A DNA stretch of 64,000 bases, from assembly GCF_036321535.1 (NCBI RefSeq), contig NC_087436.1, forward strand, positions 20,276,001 through 20,340,000, read 5' to 3'. The notes beneath the pieces are model-generated. The model did no database searches and had not been told where the DNA came from. It was given only the letters and a program-made list of their open reading frames with translations. The translations under genes and the position numbers were made by a program. Each line of letters begins with the position of its first letter. Position 1 is the stretch's first letter. Below are positions 38,559 to 52,699 of this stretch, one piece after another. This stretch comes from Camelus dromedarius. Taxonomy: Eukaryota.

Positions 38559-38987
38559 TGCATTGGCTTCCTAGGGCTCCCGTGACAAAGAACCACAAAC
38601 TGAGTGGCTTAAAACAGCAGAAACTCATTCTTCCACTGATCTGGAGGCTAGATGTCTGCAATCAAGGTGTCAGGAGGGCCATGCTCCCTCCAAAGCCTCT
38701 AAGGGAGGATCCTTCCTTGCCTCTTCCAGCGTCTGGAAGCCCCAGGTGTTCCTTAGCTTGTGACAGCATCACTCCAATCTCTGCCTCCTTCTTCCTGTGG
38801 GCATCTTCCAATGTGTCTCTACCTAGATTTCCCTCTTGTAAGAACACCAGTCACATTGGATTAGGGTCTCTCCTAATGACTTCATCTTAACTTGACGACA
38901 TCTGCAAAGACCCTTTTTCCAAATAAGGTGACATTCACAGGTTAGGACTTCAGTATCTTCTGGAGGGATGTAATTCAACCCACACCA
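38559..38987 (-). mobile_element. MLT1C-like solo LTR nested in an older MLT1 LTR (about 38230-39137, + strand)
   Basis: TG...CA ends, perfect 5-bp TSD gtccc (38554-38558 / 38988-38992), MLT1 motifs. Confidence 0.88.
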
Positions 38988-39899
38988 GTCCCAGTGGCAT
39001 TCTGGAACTGCTTTACCAGCTCTGGATCTTCTACCTCTGAACTTACGGCATGAAAAAAATAAATCCCCAATGTGGTAACGCCTCTGTTTATTCAGAGCTT
39101 TTTGTATTCACAGCAGAACTCGATTCCTAACTGACACAGCTACTTCTAAGTGAAGGTGCTGGCAATTAAAAAATTATCTGCCATGTGGAGCCTACCTATT
39201 CAGAGGACGGTTTGTACATTTTTAAAGACAGAGACCATGATTGTCTTATTTGGGGCTGGGGCAATGGGACTGGGTGGGAATCCGTGCCCAGCTGAGATTT
39301 TTCTAGTCATTTAAAGATCAAAGCTGTTTTCAAAATAGAGTTTGCCAGACACTGGAAAGGTCAATGGACATGTATTCAGCAGCCAAATTTAGACCCTAAC
39401 CTTGCTCTGGACTCACACCCGTCTCAGATATGTCTTCATTAGTCACCCCGACATACCTCAATGAATGAGGCCATGAAGGTAGCTTTTATGCTTAAATTAC
39501 CAGAAGCACAGTTTACTTGTCCAACACAATCAGACTCAATTTTATGGTACAATTTTCTGCCAGGTGAGGTGCACAGAAATATAGGTGCCAGAAAACACTT
39601 CAAACCGCCAACACTGAAATTTGTCTTAATTTGGAGAGCGTTGCCAGGAGTCCTCAGACCATTTTCGTGGCATCCACACCAGGAACATAACCATGATTCA
39701 TTCCCCTTATTCATGAGCGCCAGCAGCGGGGACGAGCAATTACTTCCATCATCTCTGTTAGTCAGACAGCCCTGAATTGTTCGCTTTCCCACTCAGCAGG
39801 CTGAATAAAGGCTGACATCAGAGTAAATAGATACTCCAGTCACTTCTCCAGAAAGAAGAGGGCCAAGTTGACGAAAGGACATTCTTCTGTCCTTTCTCT

Positions 39900-40600
39900 A
39901 AGAAGTATTTATTGAGTGCCTATCTGCTACCAGACTAATGCTGAGGATTAAACAAATAAGAGATCATCCCTACTTTCAAGGAGTCTACAGTTTTGTTACA
40001 GAGATAGACAAATCAACTGATAGACACAAGATACTGAAATAAATGCTGAGAGAGCTTTAAGTGCAGGATGCTAAAGAAATACACAAAGCGATGAGCTCTT
40101 TTTGGGCAATCAGGGTGAAGTTCTTGATTAAACTGGTGTCAAAAGTTAGACATGAGCGTACATGGGGAGTTAGCCAGGTGAGAGAGAACAGCAGATGCAA
40201 AGGCCCAGAAGTAAAAGAGGACATGACAGATTTTGAGAATCACTCAGTTTGTGAAGTGTTTGTAAAGTGAGTATAAGGTGGAGAATGTCAACAAAAACAA
40301 ATCAAACGTGGTCCGTACTCTGAAGGCATTGGGGACTCACTAGAACTGTTAGGCAGTTACATGATCAGGTTTGCGTTTTGGGAAAAGAACTTTCTGGCAG
40401 AATGGATTACAGCAGGATCAGACATGGAGAAACCAGTAGAAGTCTCTAAAGGTGGTGCTCTGAGGGAGGCAGAAGCAGAGAGAAAGGAATGAAGAAACAT
40501 AATTAGGAGTAAAATTGACAGCACTTGAATTATCACATTTAGCAGGCACCCAAAGATGACACTGAAGTTTATGGTTTAGTTAACTGGCATGCGTGGAATG
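39900..40600 (-). mobile_element. L2 LINE fragment (old)
   Basis: agtatttattgagtgcctat, gatgcaaaggcccagaag, acatgatcaggtttgcgtttt. Confidence 0.65.
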
Positions 40601-41299
40601 AGGAGGTGTCCTTATAGGTTAAAAATTAGGCAACATGGTTGAAAATTGTTAATTCTCTAATATTGATGCTAAAAATCCATATTTGAATTCATATCCTTAT
40701 TTAATAAGTATGAATTCTGATCCTAATCAAATTTCTAATATAGGAACTCATTGAATATTCTTAAAATGAGAAAAGCAAATTTACTTTAAAAACTAGATGT
40801 TAATGGGGATGAATGATGAAACAAAAATATGTGCAGGGTAAAATTCAGAAGGCACGAATCAATAGTTCTCAATTATTTGCATCTCATAATTTCCTTGAGA
40901 GTCCCCCTCCCTGCTGCAGCTCAGTTCCAGGGAATGGTCCCTGTTGCCCTGTACCACTAATATAAGATGTAGCAATATTTCTTTCATGTAGGAAATGAAA
41001 ACTTGAAATTTGGGAGCCAAAAAGGAACTTTGGAGATAATGAAATATGGATTCTTTTGGTTGAAACTATTGTATAGCAACATTAAAATATTTTTAGGTAA
41101 TAAAATCTCAGAATACCATTATGTGTATACCATTATACATACCAATATGCATTATATATACTGGTAGGGACAATGTGAGGAGCACCTGTTTGATAACTGT
41201 TCCAAGGGAGGGGGCCTGGGGCTTGGGCTTCTGTGGATTAAATGAAGCAGTCTTTGTAAAGCATCTGTCTCACTAGCTGACAGCTACAACAGCAGAGGT

Positions 41300-41722
41300 T
41301 ATCAACCACAGTCCAATCTCTCACTCATTCAGGGTATGAGGCTGCCCACCTAGATTGCATTTCCCAGGCTTCTTTGCAGTTAAGTGAGGTCACATGACAA
41401 TACTCACCACAGGACCACAAGCAGAGACACCAACTGCTACTTCTAAGCCTGGACCCTATGGTGCTGCAGAAGTTCCTTCATATCGTCCCTTTTCTTTCAG
41501 CCAAAAGCAGGCATGACTGTAACCCTGCAGATGAAGACAGTGCCCTAGGGAATGGCTGGGAATAAGACTCAGGAGTCTGGGTCCCTGAGTGGCCACATGG
41601 AACAAAGGTACCTGCCTTCCTGCCCTGGACTGGTGTGAAGAAAAATAAATATTTTTGTCTTTAAGCCACTGTATTGCCAAGAGTCTCTGTTTCAACAGGT
41701 TTGTCATTGTCCCTGATAATAC
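41300..41722 (+). mobile_element. ERVL-MaLR LTR (MLT1I/J-like)
   Basis: gcatttcccaggcttctttgcagttaagtgaggtcacatgac, ggagtctgggtccctgagtggccacatgga, ttaagccactg. Confidence 0.65.
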
Positions 41723-42034
41723 AGCTTCTTCCTTTTTCTTGTTCTTCTCCAACACAACTATTCCTTTTCTGTAATAATTATCTTCCATGAATATCAGTAT
41801 TTTAGATAGTGCAACCCCAGTGAACATGTTATTTTACACTCTGTTATTTTCATTTCCTATACCACGACCATGTTCCAAAGTCAAAATTACCTTCAATTAT
41901 TCATTTTAAACAGAAAATGAAATCACTCAGAGAGGATTCATGCAAAGCAAAAAAGTTTGGGGTTTTGGAGAGTCTCTCCTATGTAATGACTATTGTACCC
42001 ACAGGTGTGTGTAAGTGATTAGACAAGGTTGAAG

Positions 42035-44901
42035 GCAGAGACATTGTCAAGATGGCTACATGGGTCATTCCCAACTTTATTTCCCTCACAAGAAGACCAA
42101 ACTAGCAACTCTCCACAGACACCATTGTGAAAATCCCAGAGCCCAGGGGTAAGGCTGAAGCAGAGACAAGGAAGGACCATATCAGAAGGCAAGAGGAGTG
42201 GCTGCGCTGACTGCACGCCCCTCCCCCAGGTCAGCACAGTATGGAGAGGGCCCCCTCGGGCCGATGGTTTCTCCAGCAGGTAAAGAGAACTCAAAGTGAA
42301 CATCCAGCTCCCCCAACAATTGCAGGATGCTTCCCAGGAGGGCTACTTGGGTCTCAGCTCTCAGGGATCATTGGGGGAATCAAACAGAGATATAGAAGGG
42401 GGTGGGGCTTACAATAATCAGTGCTCAGACCTTGGCAAACCATGTTCCTGCTTGCCATATCCCTTGAATGGAGATTCCAGTCTGCAACTCTGCCCATCTG
42501 CAGAGCTGAGCTGGTAGCTGTGCCTGGCCAGGGAGCTCAGTTGATCTCATTTCCCAGTCAATAGGCCGTACTGGCCTTGGACCCCATCCTACCATCCAGC
42601 CCAAGCTGGGAAGCAAATCTGCAGTCCTGCTCAATTGCTGAGCATAGCCTCCAATAGTACCTCCCAGTCCAGGAAGCCTGGTCAGAGAACTGGGCATTAT
42701 GAAGTCCATCCTGTAGACATGCTAAGGCAAGGAACCAAGCTGGCAGACTGGCCCAGCTGTTGAGCATAGCCTCTGACTCTGGGCAGCCTACAGTACCACT
42801 GAGCTACAGAGCCCAGCCCACAGCCCTACTACAGGAATTAAATAATTCACTGCAAAAACCTGCAGGACACAAAAGAAGACAGTAATGCAGTAAATGAGAT
42901 GAAAAAGCTATAAGGCATATAGAAAACAAATAACAAACTGACGGAAGTAACCTACAAAGTGTGAGTCATGAAGAAATAGAACAATTGAACAGACCAATAA
43001 CAAGTAAGACTGAATCAGTAATCAAAAACCTCCCAACAAAGAAAAGCCCAGGACCAAACGGCTTCACAGGTGAATTCTACCAAACATTTAAGAGATTTAA
43101 ATTCAATCCTTCTTAAACCCTTCCAAAAAACTGAAGAGAAGGGAACACTCCAAAACTTATTTTGCAAGGCCAGCATTAGCTTGATGCTAAAGCCAGATGA
43201 GAACACTACAAGAAAGGAAAATGACAGGCCAGTAACTGACGAACATAGATGCAAAAATTCTCAACAAAATACCTGAATTCAACCACATGTCACAAGGATC
43301 ATACACTCTACCAAAAAAATCACCAGAACTAGTAAACAAATTCAGTAGAGTTGTGGAATACAAAATCAACATACAAAAATCAGCTGCATTTCTATATACT
43401 AATGAAGAACTATCTGAAAACCAAATAAAAGAAACAATCCCATTCACAGTAGTATTGAAAACCATAATATATTTAGGAAAAATTTAGCCAAAGAGGTGAA
43501 ATATGAAAAGATGTTTAACATTGCTCATCATCAGGGAAAGCAAATGATAACCACAATTAAGATATCACCTCGCACCTGTTAGATTGGCTATTATCAAAAT
43601 GACAAGAGATAACAAGTGTTGCTGAGGGTGCGGAGAAAAGAGAACTATTGTACACTGTTGGGTGGAATGTAAATTGGTGCAGCCACTATGGAAAACAGTA
43701 TGGAGGTTCCTCAAAATATTAAAAATAGAACTACCACATGATCCAGCCATTCCACTTCTGGGTATTTATCTGAAGAAAATGAGAACACTCATTAAAAAAG
43801 ATCTATGCCCCTCCATATTCATTTCAACAGTATTTACAATAGTCAAGATATGGAAACAACTTAAGTGTCTATTAATGGATAAAGAACATGTACGTACATT
43901 CCATTGTTTTTTCTCCCCTTTATTGGAAAAACCTCAGTTTTAATTATTTTTCTCAAAAAATAAATCATACATTTGGTTATGAAAAAAAAAAAACCCTTGA
44001 GGGTATTATGCTAAGTGAAATAAGTGAGACAGAGAAACAAATACCACATTACCTCACTTATATGTGGAATCTAAAGTAAGACAAAAAAAAACAAAAAACA
44101 AAGCAAGCTCATAGACACAAAGAACAGCCTGGTATGAAGACAAACATATTGGTATGAAGACTAACACAATGTCCCAGTCATATATGCATGACTGGGACAT
44201 TGTGCTTAACCAGAAATTGACACATTGGAACTGACTGTACTTACTTACTTAATTAATAAATTAAAAAAGCCAGAGAACAGATTGGTGGTTGCCAGAGTTC
44301 GGGGGTAAGGGTGGGTGAAACAGGTAAAGGGAGTCAAAAGGTACAAACTTCCAGTTATTAGATAAATCAGTCTTGGGGAAGTAATGTATATGCATGGTAA
44401 CTATAGTTAATAATACTATCTTGCATATTTGAATGTTACTAAGAGTAAATCTTGAAAGTTCTCATCACGAGAAAAACAAATTTGTAATTATGTAGGTGAC
44501 GGATGCTAACTAGACGTGATCACTTTGTAATAAATACAAATATCAAATCATTATGTTGTACACCTGAAACTAATATGTTATATATCAATTATACCACAGT
44601 TAAAAGTAATACATAATAAATAAATAAATTTCCAGTTATAAGATAAATAAGTTCTGGGGATGTAATATTACTATTGTTAATAAAAATATTGTATATTTGA
44701 AAGTTGCTGAGAGAGTAGATCATAAAAATTCTTAATATATACACAAACTGTAACTATGTGGGATGATGGATGTGTTAACTCATCTTATTGTGGTAAACAC
44801 TTTGCAATATATATATATATAAATCATCACATTGTATACCTTAAACTTACTTGATGTTATATGTCAATTACATCTTAGTAAACTGGAAACAAAACTCATA
44901 C
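42035..44901 (+). mobile_element. L1 (L1MA-like) with 5'UTR, heavily deleted ORF2 and two tandem 3' ends
   Basis: 5'UTR-like caagatggct start; ORF2 peptides [57 protein letters not shown]; candidate TSD agacaaggttgaag / agagaaggttggag. Confidence 0.85.
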
Positions 44902-46789
44902 AGAGAAGGTTGGAGTTACAGGTTTTTTGTCAAGCAGAAAAATTTTTAAGTATCAATTTCTCAATAATTGACCCCTCTGGTTGGACCACTGGAAAACCTG
45001 ACTCCCTTTCACCCAACAATTACATCTTCCTAAAACAGCCTAACTTCCTAAGGGGAAGTTGAGATCATCCTAAAAGCATCGAGAATTTTCCTGAAGAGTA
45101 AATACCCTGTTGTTATTTTTCCCATCATGGAAGAACAACGTGTACCTTTGATATTCTGACACCTGAAAAAATTTGTGATTTTGCTTCTATGAGAAGCTGA
45201 ACAAGAATTAATTCAATTTAATATTATTTCACAATGGTAAAGCTGTTAAAATATTATAGAGGATATGTCAACCGAAGGGTGCAGACAAGATTAGACCTGA
45301 ACTTAGCTGGCTTTTGCAATAAAAGGAAATCAACTAAGCAAACCATTTTCAAATCCACGTAAAAGCATTTACGAAGCATCTACAGTATGCAAAACACTGT
45401 CTCAGGTTTCTCCCTCCCCCATGAGCAGGTCACAGTCACTGTCTTTGCAATCTAATGGGGACAACAGACATATAATTAAATAACAGGAATTCATGGTGGA
45501 ATAAGATGAATTCTATAACTTGTATAAACAAAATACATTTGGGCCATCTTGGAAGGAAGAATTAGTTTAATAACTGTTGAAGAAGAGGGTGAAGGAGAGG
45601 GAAGAATCTAATAGCAGAGAATAAAATCAGTGTTTACCTTCCCCCACCATCCCCGTTTCTCAAGCCCTGAGAATTACCTTCCTCTAGGATGTTTCAGAAA
45701 AAGGATGTTTGCCTCACATTTGCTACTGAGTCGCCCTCCGCAGCTGCTTCTGTGAGTCACTTGCTCTTCCCCACTGCCCTCAGCTCTGCTCTCCATCCTG
45801 GTCCCCACCTGGATGATCTGGGATTCCTTTTCTCATGATATGATGATGGTCTCCATGGAAGGACAGATCATACTGCCTTTTGTGGCTCTTCTTTTTAATT
45901 TCCCACCACACGGATACAGGACCTGTGCATATGTAATAGTCTTAATTAAATGCTTGGTGTAAACTAGGGAGATTTATAATACAGAAGGGAAAAAAATATC
46001 CGATGACAAATATGACAATTCTCACAGCCCAAGGGGAAAACTGTAAGTCCTTTACAGGTGTCCTCTTGTGAAAACATCCTAGTTCCTAACTTTGCTCCAT
46101 TGCTTAAAGCCCAGCTTCCTCTTGTCCCATCTAAGAATGGCTTGGTTTTTCAGTCCTCTAAATGCAAATCCTTACTTGTACCGTATAACCCCACCCTTGT
46201 TCTTTGGCCCCCACTGGATAACTCAAGGACACAGCTGCCATGGCAATGCATTGTTTTAATTGGGAGAGTCTGAGGACAGCCAAGGTGAGCTTTGCACAGC
46301 AAGTCCAATGTCTCTTTTGAAGTCTCCATGCCAGTGTAATGTGAATGCATACAACCTCATCACTCTTGCAGTTTTCCCAGTGGGTAACTGTTGAACTAAA
46401 CATGTCCCTCACACCTTTTCTAGTAGAAACAATACTTTTCAAAGATGGTGCACCCTAAATGTATGTTAAAGAAGCTAAGCTTTTTCTCAATGTGAAATTA
46501 GCTGCCTATATGTATTCCCCAGCCTGCAATGGAAACAGCACTTTACAAAATTGTTCCAAGAAGTTTTGGTTTCATTTTCCTACTTCCAGGCAATTTCCAG
46601 AGGTCTACCTGTGCTTCAGAAATAAAATCTACCGTAGTACCTCACCAAGAAACAGTACCACTCATACTAACAGCCACCATTAGTTACATAAAGAAGAAGA
46701 AGAAAATTTCAAAGTTTGAGTAATCTTCCTCTCAATGATCTCTGTTAGAGTCAGGGAGACAGTGGAAGGATGGCAAATGACACTGACTG

Positions 46790-47330
46790 GTATAGCTGCC
46801 TGGTGCACGATGACCCCACACTTCTCCTTAAGGTAACAGAATCAACCCCCTTAATCTCAAGAATGGATATGCCACCAGCCTGAGCCAATCATCTTCTGGT
46901 TTTATTCTTAGCCATAAGAGTTCATCCAATGGTTGGAAACATGATTTAAGCCCAGCAGATCACAGAGTCCTGCCCCAGGATTTTTTAACTTAATATTGGA
47001 TGAGAGAAGCCCCTTTTCCTCTAGGAATGAGGAAAGCCCAGGACTGACTCAGCTCCTGTTTCTCACCATAAAGAAGGAACCTATTCCCCATAGTAAAAAC
47101 AGAATAAAATCAATAGGCACAGGGAAGCGGAAATGAGAGTCAGAAGAGTATTTTATTTAGTATCTGAGTGCCTGGTTCCAGTCAATGAGGCCTTCAGAGT
47201 GGCTGGAGAACCTAAGAATCATCCTCAACTCTCTGAGTTATTTCAATTCCTTTATTCCTTTAATTTAGTTCAAATTTTACTTAAATTCGATTGAATTGTG
47301 TTTCTCTTCTTGTGAACAGAATGTTGCTGA
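46790..47330 (+). mobile_element. Old MaLR LTR (MLT1K-like)
   Basis: cagcctgagccaatca, gagtgcctggttccagtc; highly diverged. Confidence 0.45.
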
Positions 47331-49706
47331 GATTATATCCCATCCAGAACAAATTATCTTCCCTGAGGGTAGGATATAGGACACAAAAAGTTACACTTCC
47401 AGTGAACACAAGCAAATCCTACACATGCAATCAGAAAGTCCTTCTCTGGCTCATGGCATTATTCTACATACAGCCAAATGCAACCCTTTGGAAAAGGACT
47501 TTAGACCACGTTAGCATGGTATCACAGATCCTGTATATCCTGATCAACTAGTTGTCAAACAGAGCTCTGTGAAAGCCCCTGGCCAGTCCTGCTGGGCCCA
47601 GCCCCTCCTAAGCATGGACCCAATTTCATATGCCACGGGCTTGTCTTCAGAATGTAACTGCAATACATTGATGCATGTGGTGTCTAGTAATTATTTGGTA
47701 ACTTATAGTCAATGAAGCAAAATAGTGATGTGGCACAGTGAGAACTGTACTTGGAATCTCTTTTATCCAAGTGATAAAGCTTGCTAAAGGCTTTTTCTCA
47801 TCTTTCAACTTTATAAAAAGTATGATAGAGTTTTAGAGTAGCATGATATATGAGAAGTTTTATATGCCTCTAACTGGGGCTTCCCTTGATCTGAGAGGAC
47901 AACCATGGTCATGTGGAATGCCATTGCCACTCACTCAGGCCATCTCCTGTAAAGAACTGGGGAGACTCAGAACCACATTCAACAAATATTCCCAGCCTAA
48001 CATTTCCTAATGCTTTGTGGCAAGTGTGTTCCTTGGGAATACTAGAACAGTACAGACCTTCTATAAAATGCTGGCATCAGTTCACAAAGCCTTTCACCCA
48101 GTCCTATGAAGAACTACTTCAGGGCCATAGGAATCAAGAAATATTGGGAAATATAGAATCTGCTCAAGTCTTTATCAATATCTAAACCAGAGACAGCTGG
48201 GTAACTTCTGGACATTCAGCCCAAGGCCCTCATTGTTATTAAACAGTGAGAAACTTCAGTGTCTACATTTTATATCTTAACTACAACCATAGGCTTCAAA
48301 AGCAGTATGTTATTCACATGTAACCCAGATGTCAGATGAGTCCCTTGGCCTCTTGAAATGGTCTCAACTCCTATTTCATATTTCTCCCAAGTCCAGTGCC
48401 CACCCCCAAATTTCTGAAAAATCCCCAAGGGACTTTCATTCTGATTCATTTCTGGCTCTGAATGCTGTTTCCACTGATTAGTGTAATTGGCAGATTATCT
48501 TGCCATGTGGCATACACTGTCCCTATTCTGCACCACATTAATCCAAATGTGGAACGCAGCCCGACTATTCCCACAGGACACATGCTCCCACGTGCACTGG
48601 GTTCACCCAAGGCAATTATGTAGACAGCCGAATTCACTAAAGATTTGGGAAAGTGAAGGTAGGATTTACATCACAGAAATAAAAAGATCATAAAACAGAA
48701 CACATAGTCTACATCTTAAAAGGCTTTGAGGTATATCACTGTTCTGCTGCATCAGTCAGTCTCCCACATTCCCTGTCTGTTCATTTTTCCCCGTCTTTAT
48801 GTGTCTATTGCAGAGCAGTGCAGCTATGACTGTTCCTTCTTTGTCTTCTGTTACCCTCAGGATGTACCTTCCACCCAAGTAGCTCATGGAGTAGTTGCCT
48901 AAAACAGATTCTGGTCCCAGCTGTCAAGATTTCCCCCTAGTATACACAGAATGAATTAAATTGTAAAACTGGATGATTCTAAAGCACTCTAGCTCTTCCA
49001 TACACTAAATTTAATAGGTTCTTACCCTGGAACAATGAGAGTTTTCAGCTTGCTTCACATCTCTTACCTCTGAAGAGCAGCGGGTTACCCATTGTTCATT
49101 TGTGGCAGGTGAGTCCCTAACTAAGCCATGATATTGTTAGTACACTCTTGGAAACTGGTCGGTAAGAACATTTGGGTTTTTAATAATGCGTAATAAATTA
49201 ATCTAATCCCAAATTAAATTTAAAAAGACACATTTTCACAAGAATGGAAAGGAAGTTAGATTCCTTCCTGTAGCAGGACATGTGGGACCGTGGAATTTAA
49301 ATGACATCAGGAAACAGCTGGTCTCCGGATAGATGTGTTTATCCCCTAAAGTGATTAATAACCACATCATTGGGAACTTCACAATGGCTGTTTTCCCAAT
49401 TCTGCAAGATGGTCCCAGTCAAAGAAACTGTTTATTTTCTATTTTGATCTAGGGAGCCGGCATCGCCCCTCCTCTAGAGACGGTGGGTAATGAGTATGGC
49501 GGAATGGATTTGAGTTCTTCCTTGGAGTCCAGAAATACGCTTCCATGGGCTGTGCCTGGGCACAGAAGGCTACACTTTTAATACTGTGGCCTAAGTGCCC
49601 AGCTCTTAAACCAATTCCAGAAGAGAAGAATAATGTGGAATTACCTATCTTTCCTTCTTAGAACCTGCGGAGGAGATGTCAATCAACAGCCTCTCACCCC
49701 TGCCGC

Positions 49707-49716
49707 CACACACGCG

Positions 49717-49749
<33 letters not shown>
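49707..49749. repeat. (CA)n(CG)n(CA)n microsatellite
   Basis: Seen directly. Confidence 0.95.
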
Positions 49750-49879
49750 TCTCACATTGCAGAGCACGACTATGTCTCTGATCTGTAGCCCCTCCGCCTC
49801 CTGAGTCTGCTTGGGCCGACTCACAGACGCGGTATAAATCTTTCCCCCCCCACCCCACCCCCGTCTCACCACATCCCAG

Positions 49880-50257
49880 CCCCAGTGACCTCCTGGCAGT
49901 CCCACAGACTCAGGAGGCACGCTCTGGTCCTGGAACCTTGGTACTGCTGCTTCTCTGCCTGGAGAGCTCGTCCTGCATTTACCCCCATGACAGCTACACT
50001 CACTTCATCCACTCAGAAAGGCTTTCTCTGACCATCTCATCTAAGACAGGTTCCTTGTCAGCCTTTATCCCTCTTCCCTGCTTTATCTTTCTGTATCGAA
50101 TTTATTTCTACCTGATATCATATTGTAACTTACTGTCTGTCTCCCCACGAGGAAGTCCCTGAGGTCAAGGACTTTGTTCAGTTCACCGCTGTATCTCCTG
50201 TACCTACAACAGTAGCTCTCACACAGTATGTGAAATTAACGAAAACATGAATGAATG
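49880..50257 (+). mobile_element. L2a 3' end
   Basis: ctctgcctggagagctc, gttcaccgctgtatctcc, ends atgaatgaatg. Confidence 0.7.
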
Positions 50258-52699
50258 GGTGATAGACCTGGAAGAAACCGTGTAGCCTGGTGGTTTAGAG
50301 CATGGGCTTTCGAGATAGCAAATCCAGGTTCAAATTCTGGCTCCTCTGTTTATTAACAAGATAACCAAGGCACTGAACCTACCTCGCAGGATTATTTTGC
50401 AGATTAGCACTTTAGCAGGACAACATTGTTGATTTCCCGTTGTTTTATAAATGAGGAACCAGATGTAGACTGAGGCAGAGGGACTGGGGCAGTATCTCTG
50501 ATCTTGGGGATATTTCATACAGAGAAGGAAACAAATCTTATTCCCTCATAAAGGCACTCCCAGCTGGAGTCAAAACCCCTGAAAACATACATTCACTTTA
50601 ATTCAGCAACTTTATTTCTGCAAATTTATCCTAAGATAGATTTAGTTACTTAGATCTTTATCACAGTCTTATTTATAATAACAAGGAATTAGAAGTATAC
50701 TAAGTATTCAGTAGGGAATTGATCTGATAAATAATAGTACAAGCCATTTGATGGAATGTTACATGGCCGTTTAGAATGAAATTGTAGCACAGTTAAAAAC
50801 ATGAGAAAATGCTTATATATACTCAAGTGAAAAAGACTAACATACACAAAAAGGTCTAGGGGGTTGGAATCTGAATGAACTATATTTTCTTTGTACTTCT
50901 CTGAATTTCTCATATTTTCTTCAGTAAATAGGCATTGTTTTCATAATCAGTCTTTTAAATACAGATAATGATTGCTTGGTAGCGTCTTCACAATAAAGGG
51001 TTACCGCATCTCCTGGGGTAAACGATGAAAGACACATAAACTTGAGGGAGTTTCCCAAGTGCTGGTGGAATGAAATTCTTATCTCCTTTTCCAAATGTCA
51101 TGATTTTAAGCCCACAGTCTCCCCTAAAGGCTTGGCACACCGCAGATTCCAGAGTATTCCAGCTTCTTGACCGTCAGGACCGGCTGTGCGTGTGTTCTGA
51201 ACATCCACATTACTCTGTATTAGCACATTTAACTGATGACCTTAGCTATGTTGCATTTTTAAAAGCCAAATTGACTTATAGCATTACTCATTAGATTTAA
51301 ATACTAGGGTGATTCATCATTTACAGTAAATCTATTAGATAAATTACACTGCAAAATCCACCATCGTCAGTGTGGCAGGCCTGCCTGGAAATTAAGAATG
51401 GGAAGGGAAATTGAAGAAGAGAGATTCCTATCCGTGATTTGAAATTTAAACTTAGATCGCTATGGCAAGCATCCGGGCCTCAGCCGAAGAGGACGAGGCG
51501 TCTGTCACATGTCTGAGCTATTCCACGCTAATAATAGCCTAGGATCTCTTTTGGAGCAGGTCAGTGCCTTGCTTCACAAGGGAAAGTCCTGTATGTTAAA
51601 ATACTTTAAGGAGTATTTCCTTACCCCTTAGCATTTTTTTTCACAGCATAACTGGACTGCATATGTGATACATGCGGTGATGGTTGGGTTTCTCTTGGGT
51701 AAATATAGTCCCAAACCAACAGTGTGTTCAGCTGGGGGCCCTTGCTCACCAGATGTTATTCCACTAATAGTGAGTGAGCTCATCCTTGGTGTGGAAGGCT
51801 ATTCATTTGGGAGAGAATAATGAAAGCAAGACAATCATTACGTCACCTTTTCCTGCACATTATTCTCCCCTGCAGCTAACAAGGAAAATATGCTGCTGGG
51901 CTGGTTGTAAGCTAGCGCACGTTTCTGCTTTTCTTAAGTCGACATCAAGAGCCTCACGGGGGTGGTTCTAGCCCAGATTAACATGGTACCTGATAATTGA
52001 CATTTGGAGAGTTAGACTTTGGGACGGTCTTTGTCTCAGGCTCAAGCAGGATGACTTCTGGGGTGTGATTATCCGCTCTGCAAGCCCAGAGGGGCTCTCC
52101 TCTCACGCCTTTGGAGGGGTAATTAACTCACTGTCCTCGGCCAGCCGATGGGGAGGCAGAGATTGCTGTTTCTAGAAACATGAAGACTTCTGAATAATGG
52201 AGTGAACTTTTAAAATAATTCTCATGAGATCATGTCTTTTTTTGTTTGAATGACTCACTTGGTGCTACCTGTCTAACCACCAGTCCAAGTTCAGAGTAAT
52301 TAATTTATAGATAAACTGCCGAAGGGGGCAATATATACATGTAAACACAGATATACAAATATAACACATACCCATACACCTATATAACACACATACGTGT
52401 ATTTGAATACATATATGTTTTATGAAAAACAAAAACAACCTTTACATGAGAAACTATATTTTTGGAAAACACACATCAATTAAGAACCTTAACCCATTAC
52501 TGAATTTTATTGCCGCCTTCCTTTAAATACAGTAACAACTCAACAGCAAACAATTTTACTAAATTTCATTAAAAGGCTTGAACTTCTGCCAAGGGCCTAA
52601 ACTGGCCTCGTTTTTCTAGTGTCTTGTTTATCTTTCCAAACATGATTACAAAGGAAAGTGAAACATCTAATAGTAAACTACTTGATGAGAACTTTTTTT

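Noticed and set aside
41113..41160. Short degenerate tandem repeat (ataccattat-like, three copies)
   Set aside because: Small slippage duplication with no spacer structure or functional signal.
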